This document shows positions 29,539 through 39,344 of a DNA stretch of 64,000 bases, piece after piece. Under the pieces are notes generated by a model. The model ran no database searches, was not told where the DNA came from, and was given only the letters and a program-made list of their open reading frames with translations. Numbering within the stretch: position 1 is the first letter of the stretch; each line of letters starts with the position of its first letter. A program made the position numbers and the translations under genes. The stretch comes from Desulfatiglandales bacterium (GTDB lineage Bacteria; Desulfobacterota; DSM-4660; Desulfatiglandales; HGW-15): contig CAXXJJ010000001.1 in assembly GCA_963667015.2 (NCBI GenBank), forward strand, positions 704,001 to 768,000. Direction: 5' to 3'.

Positions 29539-30831
29539 TTATAATCCGACCTCTGCAAGGTCAGGCCCGAGATAAGCTCTTTCGTTTTCACCGAGGCAGC
29601 CTAATGCGAGGCATATGATCGTCCAGAGGTGGATAGTATGATATCCGCCTTCATAATGCTCGTTAAGGTCACGGATCTGGGTGTGACAGTTATGACATGG
29701 GGTGATGCAGTATTTCGCTCCCGTTGCTTTTATCTGTTGGAATTTTATCTCCCCGAACCGGTATCGGGCATCAGTATATCCTGACTGCAGATAACCGCCT
29801 CCGCCTCCGCAGCAGTAATTGGCAGAACGGTTCGGTGTCATATCAATAAAATTTTCGTCACCAACCACGGATTTGACAACAAACCTGAGATCATCGGCAA
29901 CCGAATCTCCAAGCGATTTTCTAACGAGCTGGCATGGGTCCTGAAGAGTGAATTTGATATTAAGCTCTTTGTTCCAGTCGGAATTCACCCTGAGTTTTTC
30001 TTCTCTGATCCACTGCGCGTAATACTGTACAATGCTTTTGATTTCAAAGTTGTGCGGGATATTGAATCTTTTAAGTCCTTCCAGGACCGCATACATCTCG
30101 TGGCCTCACTCGGTATTGAGCCAGATACCGCATCCGAGGTCATCTACTGCCTTTGCCTTGACCCTGGTAATATGCTCCCAGCTTTCCAGGTCCTGTGCAA
30201 ACATGCAGTAATTTTCAGCTCCCCAGCCCTTTGTACCGTATGTCCAGTCCGATCCAGCAAGGTGAAGGATTTTCCACAGTGGAACCATTTCATCGGGTTC
30301 CATGGCCGGTTCTCTTGAGTTCTGGTTAAGAAAGAAACAGGCACCTTTTTTATTAATGGGTGCCTTGAGGTCTTCCCATCCTTCCTGTTCCTCCTGTACT
30401 TCTTCGAGCATATCTTCGATAGCAAACCGGAAGTCTTCTTCGGATATCCCCATGGCGCTGCATGTGTCGTTTTTCAATGCCATGTCGCAGGAGCCGGTAA
30501 TTCCCCTGGGTTTTTTATCTTTTGGCCATGCCTGTCTAGCGAGCCCGACCAAAGCGGCAATATCCGCATTTGCCGGACAGACAGCTTTACACCTCTGGCA
30601 CATGCTGCACATCCACGCCCAGGGTGTTGTGATTACCTCTTCATCCATACCATCAGCGATCATTCGTATGAATTTCTTTGGATCCAAGTTTTCAAGGCCT
30701 GTTGCAGGGCAGGCCTCCGCGCATGCATTACAGGTAAGGCAGAGGTCAAGATCACATTCTTGAAGCAGTTCATTGGCTTCCTTCCTGAATTCAGCTTTCT
30801 GTTCTGTTGAATTGTTCGTTTCTTCAGTCAT
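29539..30831 (-). CDS. HdrD/GlpC-like (Fe-S)-binding CCG-domain protein, probable selenoprotein (430 aa, Sec at codon 242)
   Basis: ORFs 30106-30831 and 29539-30096 are in frame across one TGA: NTE-TGA-GHEMYAV, where the family has ECGH. Two ferredoxin motifs, CCGGGGG and PCHNC are present. Confidence 0.85.
30074..30108 (-). promoter_or_regulatory. UGA codon with candidate bacterial SECIS hairpin
   Basis: mRNA reads UGA GGCCACGAGAUGUAUGCG GUCCU-GGA-AGGAC; the apical loop starts with G about 23 nt after UGA. Confidence 0.6.
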
Positions 30832-30962
30832 AAATTTCCTGATCGATTGTAATATGCTTCGTAAAAAACAGGTCGGATATAAAATCCGACCCTGCTAACG
30901 ACTTGAATAGTATCTTTTTTCACGGCGTGTGAAATGACAGATATCGGAGGATGCTTTTCACT

Positions 30963-30997
30963 CAGACCTCAAACCATGAACTGTGAACCTTAAACCA
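30963..30997 (-). repeat. Degenerate heptamer tandem tract
   Basis: Plus strand CAGACCT CAAACCA TGAACTG TGAACCT TAAACCA; inverse orientation to the tract at 26996. Confidence 0.45.
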
Positions 30998-31002
30998 CGT
31001 TT

Positions 31003-33210
31003 TTACCCCACACACCCCAGGCTTGGGTCCTGAACCACAATGGTCCGCTGTCGCCGTTTCTTTTTGACCTGGCACATCAGGGTCTTGTAGGTCGGAAACC
31101 CTGAAATAGGATCAAGCTGCCTGAGGTCGGTCAGGGCATTTACATTTGCTTTTCTCCAGGCATCTGTCCCCTGCGGACCTCCCCCTCCCACCGGCGCATA
31201 GACATATCCTTCCATAATGTCTTCTGTTACATTTGCAGTCATCTCAACAAAACCTCTGACGGTTTTCACAACTACCGAATCACCTGTTTCAATACCTCTC
31301 TCGCCGGCATCTGCAGGATTTATCTGGACCATGGGGTGCGGATATCGTTCCATGAAATCGGGTATGGCCCTTAAACAGGATTTCATATCCGGTTTAAAGG
31401 GGCCTGTGCCGAGTAACAGGGGAAACCGTTTGGTCATTTGCGGTTGACTTAAGGGGGTTTCATAGGATTCTTCATATCTGGGGAGACCGTCATATCCCAT
31501 CTCTACAAGGATTGTGGATTTGATCTCGAATTTTCCGCTTGGTGTCTCAAAGCCGGGTTGTCCGTCTCTTCTAAGCAGGCCTGTCTCCCATTTCCTGTAT
31601 CTCATGGGCTCCGGATTTTTTCGGACTGTGAATCTTTCGGCCTGTTCCATATCCTCCCTGGTGATGCCCGTACCTTTAAGAACATTATTGAGGAGATCCA
31701 TCTCTGTAGCCGGGAAACTGTCTCCATACCCGAGTTTTTCGGCGAGTTCGGTGAGGATGGTAAAGCATGGTTTGCTGTCACCTACCGGATCTATCATTCT
31801 TTCCCGCAGTCGTATGGCATTGCCGTAAAAGCAGTAGGAAGATTGCTCAAAGGCGGTGGTGGCGGGCAGTACAATATCGGCCCAGGCAGCATCACGTGTA
31901 AACTGCAGGTCTATTGAGACCATGAAATCCAGTTCGTTAAATGCCTTCTGCCACAGGATCGGATCAGGCCATGCCGTGAGGATCGAGGCGCCCATTATAA
32001 AGAGCCCATGGATCCTGTAGGGATCGGAATGCATGATGGCCCGGGGAAGCCGGCTTGCATGAGGTTCACCGCCGCAGAAATGCGCATAGATGGGGAAATG
32101 ATCCTTGCCGATGGATTTGTCAAATCCAGGGGTTGCAAGCTGGTGATCCCTGTTCAGTTCGATCCGGTTTTCTCGGGGAACAAAGCAGCGTCCTCCTTCA
32201 ACGTCAAGCTGACCTGCCAGTGCCCAGAGGACCATTACAGCCCTAATGTTCTGCACTCCTGATTTGGTATATTCAAGCCCGGTGTACATCACATAGCTGG
32301 CACCTTCTGCATCTGCAATCTCCCCGGCCAACTCCTCTATGATCTCCTCAGAGACCCCGGTGATACCCGATACCTTTTCCGGGGTAAACTCTTTGACATA
32401 TTCTGAAAACTCATCATATCCCAGTGTCCAGTTCTCCACAAATTCATCATCCACCAGCCCGTCCCTGATAAGGATATGTGAAAGTCCCAGGGCAAGTGCT
32501 CCATCGGTTCCAGGCCGGATCGGCACCCACAGGCTTCCCGGCAGTTTTGCAGAGGCAGTCTGCCTGGGATCAATAACAATTATCCGGGCGCCTTCATTTG
32601 CTGCCCTCGCAATGCGGTGATACATTTCAGGCGGGGTGGAGGTAGAGGGATCTGTGCCCCATACGACTATCAGGTCCGAATTATCAACATCGGAAAACAT
32701 GTCAATATGCAGGTTTCCCATGGTGACCTGGGGCGCCAGAACTCCGAGAGATGTGTAACATGGGGCTCCAACACCGAAGGTGTTGGGCGATCCGAACGGG
32801 AAGAGGATGCTTGAAGCAAGGTAAATCTCTGATCCGCCCAGCTGGAAGGCATCTTTAAATGCCCGTTCATATGTTCCGGTACCGGCGTAAAAGCCTATGG
32901 ATTCAGGACCATAGGCGTCTTTTAACTCTTCCATCCTGCCTGCAATGATTTCATAGGCCTCATCCCAGGAGATGGGCTCGAAATCGAGTTTCCCCTTTGG
33001 GCCTTTCCGTTTCATGGGCTGTTTGATCCGGCTTTCAGAATAGATAATCTGCCTGGCGCTCGCAGCCATAGGACAGAGTACATTGCCCATGGGGGCATCC
33101 GGGTCAGGTGTAAGCCTGTCTATTTTTCCTTCGTCATCAAAGTGAACTATGACCCCGCAACCGGGGCTGTGAAAGCATATTCCGCAAATTCCCTGTTTTT
33201 CTTTTTTCAA
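31003..33210 (-). CDS. Mo/W-bisPGD oxidoreductase (acetylene hydratase / ergothioneine synthase MES-like catalytic domain)
   Basis: N-terminal CGIC....GC...C 4Fe-4S motif, RIKQPMKR, WDEA, PIRPGTDGALA, ADIVLPA, INPADA; putative metal-ligand Cys in GVGAPCY. Confidence 0.85.
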   Translation of the reverse strand: MKKEKQGICGICFHSPGCGVIVHFDDEGKIDRLTPDPDAPMGNVLCPMAASARQIIYSESRIKQPMKRKGPKGKLDFEPISWDEAYEIIAGRMEELKDAYGPESIGFYAGTGTYERAFKDAFQLGGSEIYLASSILFPFGSPNTFGVGAPCYTSLGVLAPQVTMGNLHIDMFSDVDNSDLIVVWGTDPSTSTPPEMYHRIARAANEGARIIVIDPRQTASAKLPGSLWVPIRPGTDGALALGLSHILIRDGLVDDEFVENWTLGYDEFSEYVKEFTPEKVSGITGVSEEIIEELAGEIADAEGASYVMYTGLEYTKSGVQNIRAVMVLWALAGQLDVEGGRCFVPRENRIELNRDHQLATPGFDKSIGKDHFPIYAHFCGGEPHASRLPRAIMHSDPYRIHGLFIMGASILTAWPDPILWQKAFNELDFMVSIDLQFTRDAAWADIVLPATTAFEQSSYCFYGNAIRLRERMIDPVGDSKPCFTILTELAEKLGYGDSFPATEMDLLNNVLKGTGITREDMEQAERFTVRKNPEPMRYRKWETGLLRRDGQPGFETPSGKFEIKSTILVEMGYDGLPRYEESYETPLSQPQMTKRFPLLLGTGPFKPDMKSCLRAIPDFMERYPHPMVQINPADAGERGIETGDSVVVKTVRGFVEMTANVTEDIMEGYVYAPVGGGGPQGTDAWRKANVNALTDLRQLDPISGFPTYKTLMCQVKKKRRQRTIVVQDPSLGCVG

Positions 33211-33225
33211 ACCGTGCCGCTCCTC

Positions 33226-34242
33226 TTATACCTGCTCTCTCTGTGCTATAACAAACTGGGAGGTGATGTGTTCCCAGAGGTTCTGTGTTTTCCTGATTTT
33301 CCACTGTACCCGGCCTGTTTCCTGAATACTGAATCCCGGAGAAAATATCCCGCTGCCTTCCTGGAGCATGCGACAGACATTATCTATGCCAAAGCCCTTA
33401 AAGGGGCCGTCATTCCTGCCACCCAGCCATAGATTAGGACTGCTGACAGTTTCATCCCAGGAAAAAGGATCGGAAAACAGGAACCGGGCATTTGTCCTGT
33501 TCATGACCCGATTGGCCTCTAAAAAATGTTGAGAAGGATCCGGCACCTTTTCCAGGATATTCACTGAGCTTGCGGTAGCAAACCGGTTCGAGCGGAAGGG
33601 CAGCGCCATGGCATCCGCCACGATGAATTCAGCCTTTTCATACTCAAAGTCCTGATCCAGGTTGCTGGACTTTTTTTCTGTTATCTCTCCCTCTATCATC
33701 AGATCAAATTCAAGGCGCTGTTTGGCCATGAGGTTTCTGGCTGACCTGATAAAGGAGAGGGAGGTGTCGATACCTACAGCCCTGTCATGGGTTTTGGTCA
33801 TTTCAAGTGTAAGCCTTCCCACCGCACAACCGATATCCAGGGCCCAGCCTTTACGCGGGTTGAAGGCGGCAGCCCACTTTTTATAGGCATCCGTTGCATC
33901 CGGGCCATTAAAAAATTCTGAATAATGGCTCCATAAATAGGACTGAAGCATGGAAAATGAACCGTATCCTGCCTGGTGCCAGGTTATGGGCAGTGTCTCT
34001 TCCGGCACAACAACAGCAGTACCGTCACTTATTTCATACTGCCTGCCGCAGTCCGGGCATTTCAACCGGCCCTCAATAATTTCTTTATCTGTTTCACTTC
34101 GAATATCTACTGTCAGCGGGACCTCATTACTTGCATCTTTGTTCAGGCATTCCGGGCAAATCAGCTCGCTGGTAAGCCATTTTTTCATGTCAGCTCCTTC
34201 ATTTTTTTCCGGTTTTAAGAATTTTCTGAGTAAGCTAATCAC
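33226..34242 (-). CDS. Class I SAM-dependent methyltransferase with N-terminal Trm112-like Zn finger
   Basis: CPEC...CPDC, WALDIGCAVGR, GIDTS and ADAMALPF. The start may be the second Met (MKKW). Confidence 0.85.
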   Translation of the reverse strand: MISLLRKFLKPEKNEGADMKKWLTSELICPECLNKDASNEVPLTVDIRSETDKEIIEGRLKCPDCGRQYEISDGTAVVVPEETLPITWHQAGYGSFSMLQSYLWSHYSEFFNGPDATDAYKKWAAAFNPRKGWALDIGCAVGRLTLEMTKTHDRAVGIDTSLSFIRSARNLMAKQRLEFDLMIEGEITEKKSSNLDQDFEYEKAEFIVADAMALPFRSNRFATASSVNILEKVPDPSQHFLEANRVMNRTNARFLFSDPFSWDETVSSPNLWLGGRNDGPFKGFGIDNVCRMLQEGSGIFSPGFSIQETGRVQWKIRKTQNLWEHITSQFVIAQREQV

Positions 34243-34365
34243 ATTTTAGTAATTTGGCAATAATTCTTCCGTGTTTTTAATTAATGTATTTTATAAAAAA
34301 TATTTTGACAAGAATATTGCCTTTTGTATGCTTATGCATTAAGCGATCTTTCAGGAGTTGATCTT

Positions 34366-35385
34366 ATGAGTGATAGACTGATAATATTTCCGGACGCTGA
34401 CTTCATTGCCGAATTGACAAAGGATTTCAAAAAAGATGACCCCAAACCGGATACCCTTTATGTGGATGGTCACATAGACCTGCCGTTTTTTATGGCGGCC
34501 CATGCACCGGATATGATTTTTGATGATCTGGATACGGGCCCTGTAACACCTGATACCGTAAAAAGGTCTGGTGTCCGTCTTTTTAATACGGCTATCTATT
34601 GTCAGGATATCTATAATGGCGGAAAGGCCCGTATACATTTTCAGAATAATCTGGATCATGCAAATAGAATCCTTGAGAATGTGATACATATTAGATCCGG
34701 TAACGATATCCAGGAAATAAAAAACAGTGAAGATGCAATGGGTACTGTCTTTCTGCTTGAAAATGCAGATGCTCTCACAAACAACACCTCTCTTGCCATG
34801 TCATTGAGAGATCAGGGTGTTTATATCGTCGGACTTACACACAAGGGGACCAATCGGCTTGCAGACGGAAATGAGGTCATGCACTCGGACGGTATAACCC
34901 CGGAGTGCAGGGAAGTGGTTCATGTCCTGCTGGATAATAATATTCTCATCGATGTGGCACATCTTCATCCGTCGTGCTTCTGGCAGCTAATGGATCTTGT
35001 TGAAGGACCATGCGTATCTTCCCATACAGGGATCAGGGAAAGGTGTAATATACCTAGAAATCTGGATTTAGAGCAGGTAAGACAGATATATGATCGTAAT
35101 GGACTAATTGGTATAGCGTATGACCCGAAAATGTTGGCACCTGATGCTGAAGCTGACATTGAGGATATATTTATTCATCTGGACATAGTCGTCCAAAAAT
35201 TCGGGCCTGATTGTGTGGCCCTGGGATCGGATTTCTGCGGTTATAAAAAAGTCACAACAGGTATGGAAGATCTCATGGGTGTGAATACTTTAAAGGGTAT
35301 TATGGAAGGGAACGGTTATTCAAAGGAAGCTGTTGACAAAATAATGGGGATCAATTGGCTCAGGATCTATGAAGGGCTTCTTTAA
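34366..35385 (+). CDS. Membrane dipeptidase (peptidase M19) family protein
   Basis: DGHID, LENAD, IDVAH, SSHTG and ALGSDF. ATG 34366 follows AGGAG. Confidence 0.85.
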   Translation: MSDRLIIFPDADFIAELTKDFKKDDPKPDTLYVDGHIDLPFFMAAHAPDMIFDDLDTGPVTPDTVKRSGVRLFNTAIYCQDIYNGGKARIHFQNNLDHANRILENVIHIRSGNDIQEIKNSEDAMGTVFLLENADALTNNTSLAMSLRDQGVYIVGLTHKGTNRLADGNEVMHSDGITPECREVVHVLLDNNILIDVAHLHPSCFWQLMDLVEGPCVSSHTGIRERCNIPRNLDLEQVRQIYDRNGLIGIAYDPKMLAPDAEADIEDIFIHLDIVVQKFGPDCVALGSDFCGYKKVTTGMEDLMGVNTLKGIMEGNGYSKEAVDKIMGINWLRIYEGLL

Positions 35386-35388
35386 TAA

Positions 35389-36228
35389 CTATAATTCATA
35401 AACCATATCCATTCCCACGGCAAAACATTCCAGGTCTGCACCCTTTTCTGATATTATCCTGTTGCAGTGTTCTACAATCATGTCAACCTCAGAATCTGAC
35501 CGTCTATGGTCTAAATGGAAAAGGCCGAATCGTTTAACACCTGCCTTTATGGCTAAATCCAGGGCATCTGTATAGGTCGAATGGCCCCATTGCCTTACCG
35601 CCGGATATTCTTCTGGTGTATATTCCGCATCGTGAAAAAGTATGTCGGCATCCTTGCAGAATTTCAGGTAATCTTTGTATTGTAATCCGCCATTGTGCTG
35701 ATATGTCAATTCGTTATCCGTCAGGAACACAAAGGTTTTACCTTTTTCAGTAAATTTAAATCCATTCCCCCTGTTTGGATGACTTATGGGGATTGTGAGA
35801 ACATCAACTGAGCCTATCTGAAATGAGATGGGGCATTCCGGTATAAATTCAAAGGATGCCTTAAGTTCCGAATATTCTACTGGAAAATTAGGTTGAGACA
35901 TGACCTTGCCAAGCATTGACTCTATGAATTCCTGTGCAAAGGGGCAGCCCTGCATCATGATTTCAAAATTTTCATCATAAATAGGTGCAAAAAAAGGAAA
36001 ACCCATCAAATGATCCCAGTGGGCGTGTGTAAAAAGAAGATCAAAAGAAAAACGTTTTTCATTGAGAAGTTCAATGCCAAGCCGTCTGATACCTGTTCCT
36101 GCATCAACAATAATCAGGTCATTTTCATTTGACCTTATTTCTACACAGGTTGTATCACCACCGTATTTTAAATATTCCCTCCCTGATACAGGTACTGAAC
36201 CTCTTGATCCCCAGCATTTTATAAGCAT
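35389..36228 (-). CDS. MBL-fold metallo-hydrolase
   Basis: WGSRGS, DAGTG, THAHWDH, TDNE and GHS. Confidence 0.9.
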   Translation of the reverse strand: MLIKCWGSRGSVPVSGREYLKYGGDTTCVEIRSNENDLIIVDAGTGIRRLGIELLNEKRFSFDLLFTHAHWDHLMGFPFFAPIYDENFEIMMQGCPFAQEFIESMLGKVMSQPNFPVEYSELKASFEFIPECPISFQIGSVDVLTIPISHPNRGNGFKFTEKGKTFVFLTDNELTYQHNGGLQYKDYLKFCKDADILFHDAEYTPEEYPAVRQWGHSTYTDALDLAIKAGVKRFGLFHLDHRRSDSEVDMIVEHCNRIISEKGADLECFAVGMDMVYEL

Positions 36229-36493
36229 TTTTTACACCTTTCAAAAGAATGCATTCAGGATTTAAAATATGCATAAAAATAGCATAAAATAATTAATTGC
36301 GCTTAAAATATCATATTTGAACTTATTGATCAACATCAGGTTTAATTATTTTACCTTTTTGGCTTTTTTATACGATTTCGGTGATCATTAATTGTAACTT
36401 TTTTCTTTGTCAGAGATTTTACATCTGTGATCGGAATATGATAATATCCCCGATATTTCCTGTCAGTATAATAAAAAAAGAAAGGAACAGATT

Positions 36494-37264
36494 ATGGCTG
36501 ATGTAATAGATTATGTCATCCACGGGGATGATATGCAGATTGTTGAAGTAGAACTGGATCCCGGTGAAGGGATCCGTGCCGAAGCAGGTGCAATGATGTT
36601 TATGGAAGATGGCATAGAGATGCAGACATCAACCGGCGGGGGTATCTTCAGCGGATTCAAGAGGATGATAACCGGTGAGAGTTTTTTTATAACCACTTTT
36701 TTATACAGCGGCAGGGGCAAAGGGCATGTTGCCTTTGGTGCGCCCTATCCGGGAAAGATCATTCCTCTTGAGCTTGACAAGATAGGCGGGAGTTTTTTAT
36801 GTCAGAAGGATGCCTTTTTGTGTGCTGCAAGGGGAATAGAGATTGAAGTGGCATTTACAAAAAAAATCGGGGCAGGCCTGTTCGGCGGCGAGGGGTTTAT
36901 CCTTCAGAGGCTGACCGGTGACGGCATGGCCTTTGTTCACGCGGGAGGGACTATTATAAAAAAAGAGCTGAAACCCGGAGAGAACCTGCGTCTTGATACC
37001 GGCTGCCTTGTGGCCTTTTCGCCCACAGTAAATTATGATATCCGGTTTGTCGGCGGTTTTAAAAACGCCCTCTTCGGCGGAGAAGGACTTTTCCTGGCAG
37101 AGATGACCGGTCCAGGTACGGTCTATATGCAGAGCCTTCCCTTTTCAAGGCTGGCTGATCGCATATTTGCCGCTTCACGGTATCAGCATAAGGGAGAACA
37201 AAAGGGTGTAGCCGGCATCGGAGGAGGTATCCTGGGCGGACTGCTCGGCGGTGACAACGATTAA
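36494..37264 (+). CDS. TIGR00266 / AIM24 family protein
   Basis: AEAGAMM, repeated FGGEGF/FGGEGLF and GPGTVYMQSLPFSRLA. Confidence 0.9.
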   Translation: MADVIDYVIHGDDMQIVEVELDPGEGIRAEAGAMMFMEDGIEMQTSTGGGIFSGFKRMITGESFFITTFLYSGRGKGHVAFGAPYPGKIIPLELDKIGGSFLCQKDAFLCAARGIEIEVAFTKKIGAGLFGGEGFILQRLTGDGMAFVHAGGTIIKKELKPGENLRLDTGCLVAFSPTVNYDIRFVGGFKNALFGGEGLFLAEMTGPGTVYMQSLPFSRLADRIFAASRYQHKGEQKGVAGIGGGILGGLLGGDND

Positions 37265-37339
37265 TATATCTTGCATCTGAGCACAACTGTTTTATACTAC
37301 TGCTTAAGCACTTTATTTCTTAATAACAAGGACGTTGAT

Positions 37340-38104
37340 ATGAATATTTTTCATCTTTTATCCTCTATTCCGGCTACTTTTTCCACTGGTGCAGGTTTTG
37401 GAAGTGACATTATTCAGAGGTTTTTTGATGCGGGGCCGGTTGTCAAAATGGTCCTGTTCATACTGATAGGTTTTTCTGTTACCTCCTGGACAATTATTTT
37501 TATCAAATTCAGGTTTTTCAGAAATGCAAGACTGGAAACGGATTATTTCCTTGATCTTTTCTGGGACACCACAGAGCTTACAAATATTTACAAGGAAAGT
37601 CAGGACCTGCCATACAGTCCGATTGCGCAGATGTTCAAAAGGGGGTATGCGGAGCTTATCAGGATCAAAAAACTGCAGCAGGGTAATGGCGGTACAAAGG
37701 GCACTGAACATAATGGCATATCCGAAACCGTTGAAAGAGCACTCAGGAGGGCTACCATTCATGAAAACAGCAGGATGGCAAAGGCCGTTGCCTTCCTGGC
37801 CACTACCGGCAACACTGCCCCTTTTATAGGTCTGTTCGGTACCGTATGGGGTATCATGGATTCTTTCAATGAAATAGCCCTTATGAAATCTGTCAGCCTC
37901 GCCGTTGTTGCACCCGGTATTGCAGAGGCGCTTATTGCAACCGCAGTCGGTCTGGTCGCTGCCATACCCGCTGTAATTGCATTTAACTTCTTCAGCAGCA
38001 AGTCAGAGGCCCTGGGCGCCGAGATGGAGATCTTTTCGGCAGACTTTATTTCCCTTGTTGTGAGACAGTCCATCAAGGGTAAGATCGTTACTGATGAAGA
38101 GTAA
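37340..38104 (+). CDS. tolQ: Tol-Pal protein TolQ
   Basis: PFIGLFGTVWGIM and PGIAEALIATAVGL..AIPA; first gene of the tol cluster. Confidence 0.9.
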   Translation: MNIFHLLSSIPATFSTGAGFGSDIIQRFFDAGPVVKMVLFILIGFSVTSWTIIFIKFRFFRNARLETDYFLDLFWDTTELTNIYKESQDLPYSPIAQMFKRGYAELIRIKKLQQGNGGTKGTEHNGISETVERALRRATIHENSRMAKAVAFLATTGNTAPFIGLFGTVWGIMDSFNEIALMKSVSLAVVAPGIAEALIATAVGLVAAIPAVIAFNFFSSKSEALGAEMEIFSADFISLVVRQSIKGKIVTDEE

Positions 38105-38127
38105 TAATACGGGGAGCAAGTTTAACG

Positions 38128-38535
38128 ATGATGACCGGTAATGGCGGAAAAAAAAGATTGATGTCGGATATAAATGTAACACCCTTTGTCGATGTAATGC
38201 TGGTGTTGTTGATTATTTTTATGGTCACTGCCCCCATGATGATACAGGGAGAGGATATCAACCTTCCAAAGACCGTATCCAAGCCTATAAAGACAAAGGA
38301 TGATCCCCTTATTTTAAATGTAAACAAAAAACAGGAAATCAGTATTGAAAAAACTAAAATCCCGCTTGACGAACTGGACGAGAAACTAAAGAGCCTGTTT
38401 AAATACAGGGACAATAAAGAACTGCTCCTGAGGGGCGATGAAAGCCTTTCATATGGCTTTATTCTTCAGCTTGCAGCAAGAATAAATAGGGCAGGCATAG
38501 AAAAGCTGAGCCTTATTACAGAGCCGGAACAATAG
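38128..38535 (+). CDS. tolR: Tol-Pal protein TolR
   Basis: INVTPFVDVMLVLLIIFMVTAP. Confidence 0.92.
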   Translation: MMTGNGGKKRLMSDINVTPFVDVMLVLLIIFMVTAPMMIQGEDINLPKTVSKPIKTKDDPLILNVNKKQEISIEKTKIPLDELDEKLKSLFKYRDNKELLLRGDESLSYGFILQLAARINRAGIEKLSLITEPEQ

Positions 38536-38552
38536 GGGAAAATATAAAATCA

Positions 38553-39344
38553 GTGTCAGGAACCATGGCCATAAACAATAATTACGACCAGGAAGGATTC
38601 AGATGGCGCTTTATGTTTATGCTTTCGTTATTACTGCATGGCGTGCTCTTTTTTGCGCTTTTCTGGGTGCCGGGGAGTGGTTCCGGCCTCAAAATGAATG
38701 AGGCTGTTGAAGTAACTATTGCCGATGCATCAAAGATAAGCCAGGCCGGGGGTAAGCCTGCATCTCAAAAAAATACTGCAAGGACATCGCCCGCTGATAA
38801 CAGGCAGGCCCGAAGAATCTCTCCATCTTCCAGCAAAAAAAATGCAGTTACTGTGGCAAAAAGAACAGTCGAAAGAAGCAGGTCAAAACCGAAAAATGAC
38901 CAGGTTTCTTCTGACCAGTTGCTGAATAAGGCGATCTCAAAAATAGAAAAAAAGGTAACTGCAGAAAAAAACGATGATTATTATGATAAGGCTATTGCTG
39001 CTCTGGAGAAAAAAACAGGCTCAACAGGGGGAAGAAAAACCGGAGGAGGGGCTTTGGGCAGCCTTGCCATGAATGTTTATAAGATGCAGGTGGAGACATA
39101 TATAAAAGAACAGTGGTCATATCCTGATGCCCTTGGCAGCAATTACGAAGCCGTCGTTTTATTGAAGATCATGAAGGATGGAACCGTCCTGAAAACCGAT
39201 TTTGTAAAACCCTCAAGAAATAAACTTTTTGATGAATCAGTTCTAAAGGCAATAGAAAAGGCCGGATCTCTGCCCCCATTACCCGAAGGATACAATGAAA
39301 ATTATGAAGAAATTGAAATCAGATTTAATCTGGATCTTGAGTAG
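38553..39344 (+). CDS. tolA: TolA/TonB-family energy transducer
   Basis: TM helix with SLLLH, low-complexity linker and TonB_C-like domain; lies between tolR and tolB. Confidence 0.8.
   Translation: MSGTMAINNNYDQEGFRWRFMFMLSLLLHGVLFFALFWVPGSGSGLKMNEAVEVTIADASKISQAGGKPASQKNTARTSPADNRQARRISPSSSKKNAVTVAKRTVERSRSKPKNDQVSSDQLLNKAISKIEKKVTAEKNDDYYDKAIAALEKKTGSTGGRKTGGGALGSLAMNVYKMQVETYIKEQWSYPDALGSNYEAVVLLKIMKDGTVLKTDFVKPSRNKLFDESVLKAIEKAGSLPPLPEGYNENYEEIEIRFNLDLE

Noticed and set aside
29539..30831. Two separate genes or a nonsense pseudogene
   Set aside because: A single in-frame TGA at a conserved Cys position with a SECIS-like hairpin is better explained by selenocysteine.
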